Assembly (NCBI RefSeq): GCF_006345805.1
Contig: NW_021826088.1
Coordinates: 1-13,669 of the forward strand
Reading direction: 5' to 3'
DNA from: Octopus sinensis
Lineage: Eukaryota
Length of the DNA: 13,669 nt
Shown: positions 8,040-13,669 of the stretch, piece by piece
How positions within the stretch are numbered: the first letter of the stretch is position 1
Layout of the letters: each line of letters starts with the position of its first letter
Translations under genes and position numbers: made by a program
The notes under the pieces: generated by a model
The model's database searches: none
Seen by the model: only the letters and a program-made list of their open reading frames with translations
Told to the model about the DNA's origin: nothing

Positions 8040-8405
8040 GTCTTCTGCCAATCAGCAAATGTTCAGTGAATTTTAATGACGGCAGACGATAGGTCTCCCC
8101 TTTCTGGAAGCGGAGATAATTTCAATGAATGAAGAAGAATTCATCTTCTATGTTATTTAATATTCCTTTATCCGGCTTTGTTTTTTCAACAACATCCCAC
8201 TAGCCCTCTTCATTTATTTCTTTTCGTCCATTTTCGTTTCCACTATGCAAATTAACTCGGCGATGAATGCGCTTCCATCTCTCTCTATTTTCCCTCTTTC
8301 TCACCCAGGCGTTCTCTCTACATATATACACGAAGTTTATATATTCTTTCATTCCTTTAATCTGTTACTTGATTCAGTCATTTGACTGCGGCCATGCTGG
8401 AGCAC
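8040..8405. repeat. Local direct duplication, copy 1 (unique ~300 bp plus family 1 SINE tail)
   Basis: Aligns to 9020-9372 with an offset of 980 nt. Confidence 0.95.
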
Positions 8406-8425
8406 TATCTTAAAGGGTCTTTTTT

Positions 8426-9000
8426 AGGCCCGAAATTTTGGGGGAGGTGGCCAGTCGATTAGATCGATCCCAGTACGCAATGGGTACTTAATTTATCGGC
8501 TCCGAAAGGATGAAAGGCAAAATCGACCTCGGCGGAATTTGAACTCAGAACGTAACGACAGACAAAACACCACTAAGCATTTCACCCGGCGTGCTAACGT
8601 TTCTTATTTCTATATTGCCCAAAAGGGGCTAAACATAGAGGGGACAAACAAGGACAGACAAAGGGATTAAGTTGATTATATCGATTCCAGTTCGTAACTG
8701 CTACTTAATTTATCGACCCCGAAAGAATGAAAGGCAAAGTCGACCTCGGCGGAATTTGAACTCAGAACGTAAAGACAGACAAAACACCGCTAAGCATTTC
8801 ACCCAGCGTGCTAACGTTTCTTATTTCTATATTACCCACAAGGGGCTAAACATAGAGGGGACAAACAAGGACAGACAAAGGGATTAAGTTGATTACATCG
8901 ACCCCAGTGCGTAACTGCTACTTAATTTATCGACCCTGAAAGGATGAAAAGCAAAGTCGACCTCGGCGGAATTTAAATTCAGAACTTAAAGACAGACGAA
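8426..9000 (-). mobile_element. Family 2 SINE trimer (217-bp period), head end truncated
   Basis: Units at 8426-8603, 8604-8820 and 8821-9000. Junctions read GCTAACGTTTC|TTATTTC, the same as at 5544/5545. Confidence 0.92.
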
Positions 9001-9019
9001 ACATCCCAGTACAGGCGCA

Positions 9020-9372
9020 GTCTTCTGCCAAACAGCAAATGTTCAGTGAATTTTAATGAGGGCAGACGATAGGTCTCCCCTTTCTGGAAGCGGAGATAAT
9101 TTCAATGAATGAAGAAGAATTCATCTTCTATGTTATTTAATATTCCTTTATCCGGCTTTGTTTTTTCAACAACATCCCACTGGCCATCTTCATTTATTTC
9201 TTTTCGTCCATTTTCGTTTCCACTACGCAATGACTGCTTTTCCATCTCTCTCTATTCTCCCCCTTTCTCACCCAGGCGTTCTCACTACAAATATACACGA
9301 AGTTTATACATTCTTTCATTCTTTTAATCCTTTACTTGTTTCAGTCATTTGACTGCGGCCATACTGGAGCAC
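9020..9372. repeat. Local direct duplication, copy 2
   Basis: Aligns to 8040-8405. Confidence 0.95.
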
Positions 9373-9648
9373 CGCCTTAAAGGATTTTTTGTTTAGTCGA
9401 AGAAATCGACCCCGGGACTTATGCTTCGCAAGCTAATACTTATTCAATTTGTTTTGCCGAACCGCTAAGTTACAGGGACGTAAACACACCAACATCAGTT
9501 GTCAAGCGATGGTAGTGGTGGGGGGACAAACACAAACACACACATATAAATTCACACACACATACTCATATACATACGACGGGCTTCTTTCAGTTTCCGT
9601 CTACCAAATCCACTCACAAGGTTTTGAACGGCCCGAGGCTATAGTAGA
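9310..9648 (-). mobile_element. Family 1 SINE lacking the tRNA head
   Basis: Tail, 3' half, microsatellite and part of the 5' half are present, ending at GGCTATAGTAGA. Confidence 0.92.
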
Positions 9649-9685
9649 CCATATCTACATACATATATGTATGTATAAATATGCA

Positions 9686-9791
9686 TGGCACCTTAGGCAA
9701 GTGTCCTCTACTATAGCCTCGGGCCGACCAAAGCCTTGTGAGTGGATTTGTTAGACGGAAACTGAAAGAAGCCTGTTGTGTGTATATGGAT

Positions 9792-9823
<32 letters not shown>

Positions 9824-10042
9824 CAAGGTGTGTATGTGTCTCTGTGTGTGTGCGTGTGTGTGTTTGTCCCTCCACATGGCTTGACAACCGATGTTGGTGT
9901 GTTTACATCTCCATAACTTAACCGTTCGGTAAGAGACCGATAGAATAAGTACTAGACTTAGAAAAAAAGTCCTGGGATCGATTTGTTCGACTAAAGGCGG
10001 TGCTCCAGCATGGCCGCAGTCAAATGACTGAAAGTAATAAAA
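9686..10042 (+). mobile_element. Family 1 SINE lacking the tRNA head
   Basis: Starts at TGGCACCTTAGGCAAGTG and runs through CAGTCAAATGACTGAAAG. Confidence 0.92.
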
Positions 10043-10085
10043 AAGTGGTTGGGAAGCAAGCTTTTTACCACGTAGCGACGCCTGC
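10043..10085 (-). mobile_element. Family 1 SINE head fragment
   Basis: GTGGTTGGGAAGCAAGCTTTTTACCACGTAGCGACGCCTG. Confidence 0.75.
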
Positions 10086-10157
10086 ATATGTGTGTGTGTG
10101 TGTGTGGTGTGTGTGTGTGTGTGTGTGTGTGTGCATGTATGTTTGTGATCGTGTGTG

Positions 10158-10355
10158 TGTCTGTTTCCCTCTCTGCTTTTGTCCCTTCCCAACCAGCGTT
10201 GGTATGCTTATGTACCCGCAACTTAGCGGTTCGACAACGGGGCCGATAAAATAAGTCCCAGGCTACAAAAAAAAATGTGCTGGGGTTGATTCATTCAATT
10301 CAAACTTCTTTAAAGGCGGTGCACCAGTATGGCTGCAGTCTAATGACTGAAGCTA
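10158..10355 (+). mobile_element. Diverged family 1 SINE 3' half
   Basis: CCGCAACTTAGCGGTTCG...CCGATAAAATAAGT...AAGGCGGTGCACCAGTATGGCTGCAGTCTAATGACTGAA. Confidence 0.8.
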
Positions 10356-10668
10356 GTTACTTAGATTATTTAGATAAGCTTCGGCCGAAGAGATACACAG
10401 TCAGATTTTAGGCACCTTAGCCCATTCGAGCAGAGAGGTATCGTCTTCCAGAGACATATCCAGGTGTGGGTGGTTTGTCTGGTATTTGTTGGAGGTAATC
10501 ATCTAATGCCATGAAATCACTCTCCTCCTTTATGTAGCTTGGCACGATGTTGAAGAGAGCGGGGCCAGTTGAGGTGAAATAGTTCTGTCGAAGTGTTGTG
10601 ATACGACACGAACATGATTTCTATAGTGGACGGATGGCACGGGAGCCAAGATCCGGATGAATTTTAAA
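10356..10668 (-). pseudogene. CR1-like LINE 3' fragment (ORF2 C-terminus and short 3' flank)
   Basis: Minus translation FKIHPDLGSRAIRPL*KSCSCRITTLRQNYFTSTGPALFNIVPSYIKEESDFMALDDYLQQIPDKPPTPGY, then in another frame SLLEWAKVPKI*. This matches the invertebrate CR1-group C-terminal pattern (..SF...GP.LFN.LP...; LD.FL..IPD.P..PGY; NSL..W). A stop and a frameshift are present. Confidence 0.82.
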
Positions 10669-10671
10669 GAA

Positions 10672-10920
10672 GAGAAAGCAGGTCAACCCCCGACACCGAG
10701 AGCATCGACGGATGGATGAATGTGTAGGATAAGAAACAGGAAGAAAGTGGGAGAGAAAGTTGGAGCGAAAGAATACAACAGAGGTCGCCCCCCCCCTGCC
10801 GGAGCTCTGTGGAACTTGAGGTGTTTTCGCTCAATAAACACACACAACGCCCGGTCTGGGAATCGAAAGCGCGATCCTCCGACCGCGAGTCCGCTGCCCT
10901 AACAACTGGGCCATTGCGCC
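10672..10920 (-). mobile_element. Family 3 tRNA-derived SINE with an alternative 3' module
   Basis: Reverse complement GGCGCAATGGCCCAGTTGTTAGGGCAGCGGACTCGCGGTCGGAGGATCGCGCTTTCGATTCCCAGACCGGGCG matches 2261 onward. The copies diverge after TTCTTCCTGTTT. Confidence 0.88.
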
Positions 10921-11029
10921 TCCTCTGTTGCTGCTGTTGTTGTTGTCAAATCGCGAAGAAGCTTCTGTTTTGTTTCGATGTGGATGGAATGTGAGATATT
11001 TTGTTTGAAATCTTCGGTTATTATTTTAT

Positions 11030-11126
11030 ACTCTTTCTCTCTCCCTTTATCTATCTCTCTCTCTCCCTTCTCCCTTCTCTCTTAACACACACACACACAC
11101 GCACACACACACACACGTACACGCAC

Positions 11127-11173
<47 letters not shown>

Positions 11174-11195
11174 ACACACACACGTACACACACAT
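11030..11195. repeat. (TC)n then (CA)n microsatellite
   Basis: Direct reading. Confidence 0.95.
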
Positions 11196-11299
11196 TCCAC
11201 AATCTACAAAGCGTCGAATTCCAGATATGAAATATACAACAGTGTCCTCTTCTCTGATAAATGATTCCAGTCTTGAAAGCCATCCTTTATTTACTGCAT

Positions 11300-11760
11300 T
11301 GTTATCACTTTTCCTTCCTTCCTTCCTTCCTTCCGCCCGTTTTTTTTCTTCCACTCCTTTTTCTTGTCTCCATTCCTCCCTTCCTTCTTTCTTTTCTTCC
11401 TTATTTTCTTTTTTACTTTTCCTTTCTGTGTTTTTTTTCATCGTTTCTTTCCTTTTCTCTTGTTTTGTCTTCCTTGCTTCTTTCTTTTCTACCTTTCTTT
11501 CTACCTTTTTGTTGTCCTCCTTTCCTTCTTTGTTTCTTTTCACTCTTTCATATTTAACTTCTTTTGTTCTTTCTTTCTCTCTCTTCCTTCCTTTCTTTCT
11601 TTTCTCTATCTACGTTTCTTTCTTTCTCGTTATCTCCCACCTTTCTTTCTTTCGTTCTTTCTTTCTTTCTTCCTTCCTTTCTTCTTTTCTTCCTTCCTTT
11701 CTTTCCTTCTTTTCTTTTCCATTTTTCTCTACTCTTTCTTTCATTCCTTCCCTTCATATC
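11300..11760. repeat. Degenerate (TTTC/TTCC)n polypyrimidine tract
   Basis: Direct reading. Confidence 0.93.
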
Positions 11761-11980
11761 TTATCTGGTCATTATGTGTTGTGTAAGTCCTTGTTTTGTC
11801 GTTCTTTGATAGTTCAGCCATTATCTTCTTCCCTCTCAGCCATTGAATTAAGTCTCAGTCTATTGGCGTCTCGCATGGAACATAGAAAAATACTTCGACA
11901 TTTTTCTGTGGTCCTCTTCTCTTTAAGCTGATAGCAGAAGCATTTTCTTGCGTGTAACCAACAAGAGGAGCTTGTTTTCA

Positions 11981-12109
11981 TTCTTCTTCTTCTTCTTCTT
12001 ATTCTTCTTCTTCTTCTTCTTCTTCTTCTTCTTCTTCTTCTTCTTCTTCTTCTTCTTCTTCTTCTTCTTCTTCTTCTTCTTCTTCTTCTTCTTCTTCTTC
12101 TTCTTCTTC
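11981..12109. repeat. (TTC)n / (GAA)n trinucleotide run of about 43 units with one interruption at 12001
   Basis: Direct reading. Confidence 0.98.
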
Positions 12110-12165
12110 GCTTCTTTCTCGATCGAAGTCGCCCGGTAACCATCATCCGCTAAGTTGATTAAACT

Positions 12166-12247
12166 CTATCTATCTATTTATCTATCTATCTATCTCTATC
12201 TATCTATCTATCTATCTCTATCTATCTATCTATCTATCATCTATATA

Positions 12248-12297
<50 letters not shown>

Positions 12298-12540
12298 ATA
12301 TTAGATAGAGAGAGATAGATATATTTACTAGTATATCTAGATAACAGATTTTGTTGAATTTTCTGCTGCTTAAAATAAAGTATATATATATATATATATA
12401 TATGTTCTTCTCTCCCTCTCTCCTTTTACATACATACATTCATGCATGCATGCATACACACAGAGAAACACACACACATGCACACATATACACACACACA
12501 CGCACACACATATGTATGCATGTATGTATGTACTTTTTAT
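12166..12540. repeat. (TATC)n/(TA)n/(CA)n compound microsatellite
   Basis: Direct reading. Confidence 0.93.
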
Positions 12541-13029
12541 ATACAGACATGTATATTAATTATGGAAATTTATCACCGTTTCAAAGTAATACCTAACAAA
12601 AATATCGAAAATATGCTGCAAGCTATTAATGTCGTCAACACAAACCATATACCAGTAACAACAAACACCGCTCAGTATCTATTATAATATGCTGCAGCCG
12701 CATCGATTGTCTAAGATATAAATTCTTGGCACAATACAATACAGACCAATCTTGTTTGAAACGCAGAAGACAGGGCTTCTGAGATAATAATCGGCTTTGT
12801 TAAATGCCTGCATCGTAGATCGTTCACCCCGTTAAGCGGCCAGACGGGTCATTAATGCAACCCTTGGAAATTCTCTACTGCGCTTTTCACCATTCTCTCT
12901 TTTCTGCTGTCTTCTTCGTTTGGCATGCTTCTTCGAAGGTTTTTGCACATCGTCGAAATTATTGATGCTTGCTATTGAACTTTATATTGTTCATTGGGAA
13001 TGGGCAGACACGCGCATGCGCCCGTGTAT

Positions 13030-13174
13030 ATTAATATATTTATATTCAGACACACACACACACATACGTATGTCTGTATACGTATATATGTATGTATGTA
13101 CGTATGTATGCATGTATGCATGTATGTATGTATGTATGTTTGTATGTACGTATGTATGCATGTATGTATGTATG

Positions 13175-13205
<31 letters not shown>

Positions 13206-13246
13206 TATATACTATAATATATATAATATATGTATATATATATATA
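13030..13246. repeat. (CA)n/(TATG)n/(TA)n microsatellite
   Basis: Direct reading. Confidence 0.95.
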
Positions 13247-13493
13247 GGCACAGGAGTGGCTGTGTGGTAAGTAGCTTGCTCACCAAACGACATGGTTCCG
13301 GGTCCAGTCCCCCTGTGTGGCACCTTGGGCAAGTGTCTTCTACTATAGCCCCGGGCCGACCAAGGCCTTGTGAGTGGATTTGGTAGACGGAAACTGAAAG
13401 AAGCCCGTCTTATATATGTATATATATATATGTGTGTGTGTGTTTATGTATATGTCTGTGTTTGTCTCCCAAACATCGCTTGACAACTGGTGT
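13247..13493 (+). mobile_element. Family 1 SINE, 3' truncated
   Basis: GGCACAGGAGTGGCTGTGTGGTAAG...CACCTTGGGCAAGTGTCTTCTACTATAGCC...GAAAGAAGCCCGTC...ATCGCTTGACAAC. Confidence 0.92.
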
Positions 13494-13518
13494 GTATGTG
13501 TGTCTGTGTGTGCATGTG

Positions 13519-13669
13519 ATCTGGTCATCAAATCTAAGTAGAGACTTCAAACTTGAAATCTTCAAAGCCACAGTCGAACCAAATTCTACTATATGGTCAG
13601 AAACCTGGACGTTATCAAAGAAGCTTGAGAGGCGGTTGGATGGACCTACACTCGCCTCCTTATGAGAGC
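13519..13669 (+). pseudogene. RTE-like LINE ORF fragment (region C-terminal to RT), 5' truncated, runs out of the window
   Basis: Translation IWSSNLSRDFKLEIFKATVEP(fs)ILLYG(fs)SETWTLSKKLERRLDG(fs)TYTRLLMRA matches the RTE-type motif K..LF.ATVE..LLYG.ETW.L.K.....LDG.YTR.LR. Three single-base frameshifts are needed. Confidence 0.88.

Noticed and set aside
8045-8110. Minus-frame peptide KGETYRLPSLKFTEHL resembling the GIY-YIG GET.R....F.EH motif
   Set aside because: There is no upstream GIY/YIG strands, an in-frame stop lies just upstream, and the similarity is too short to support.
8604-9000. 217-bp tandem units as a CRISPR array or ribozyme-bearing retrozyme
   Set aside because: There is no repeat-spacer alternation, no cas genes and the context is eukaryotic. 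GAAACGTT at the junction has no upstream CUGANGA or stem II, and the units are SINE bodies.
8040-9372. LTR retrotransposon interpretation of the direct repeats
   Set aside because: No TG...CA termini, primer-binding site, polypurine tract or TSD. The repeats end inside a SINE tail, which indicates a local duplication.
11814-12146. Poly-Arg, poly-Lys or poly-Phe protein across the TTC run
   Set aside because: A 40-residue homopolymer from a pure microsatellite with non-informative flanks is an artefact.
247-13665. The listed ORFs of 60 aa or more as host genes
   Set aside because: Nearly all translate microsatellites (YI, CV, HT, KE, FL, poly-R, poly-F) or SINE bodies. Only part of 13432-13665 has a recognisable (RTE-derived) motif.

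Overview
Repeat-saturated, AT-rich eukaryotic non-coding DNA (intronic or intergenic). The repeat repertoire most resembles a coleoid cephalopod (Octopus-like); this is recognition from memory, not a database result. I find no confidently supported host protein-coding exon, and almost all entries in the ORF track are microsatellite or SINE artefacts. The window contains: (i) about 13 copies or fragments of a tRNA-derived SINE with a CORE-like segment and an internal microsatellite (family 1); (ii) a second tRNA-derived SINE with a Meta-like central domain, present as 217-bp head-to-tail multimers (family 2); (iii) two copies of a third tRNA-derived SINE with different 3' modules (family 3); (iv) decayed fragments of a mariner transposase, a CR1-like LINE and an RTE-like LINE; (v) a ~360-bp local direct duplication; and (vi) many microsatellites. 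The most interesting signal is a minimal type I hammerhead-ribozyme-like motif on the minus strand (607-644). It has perfect stems I and II, a palindromic dimer-type stem III and an atypical core (CUGUUGA), and sits in a probable Penelope-like element terminal repeat remnant.
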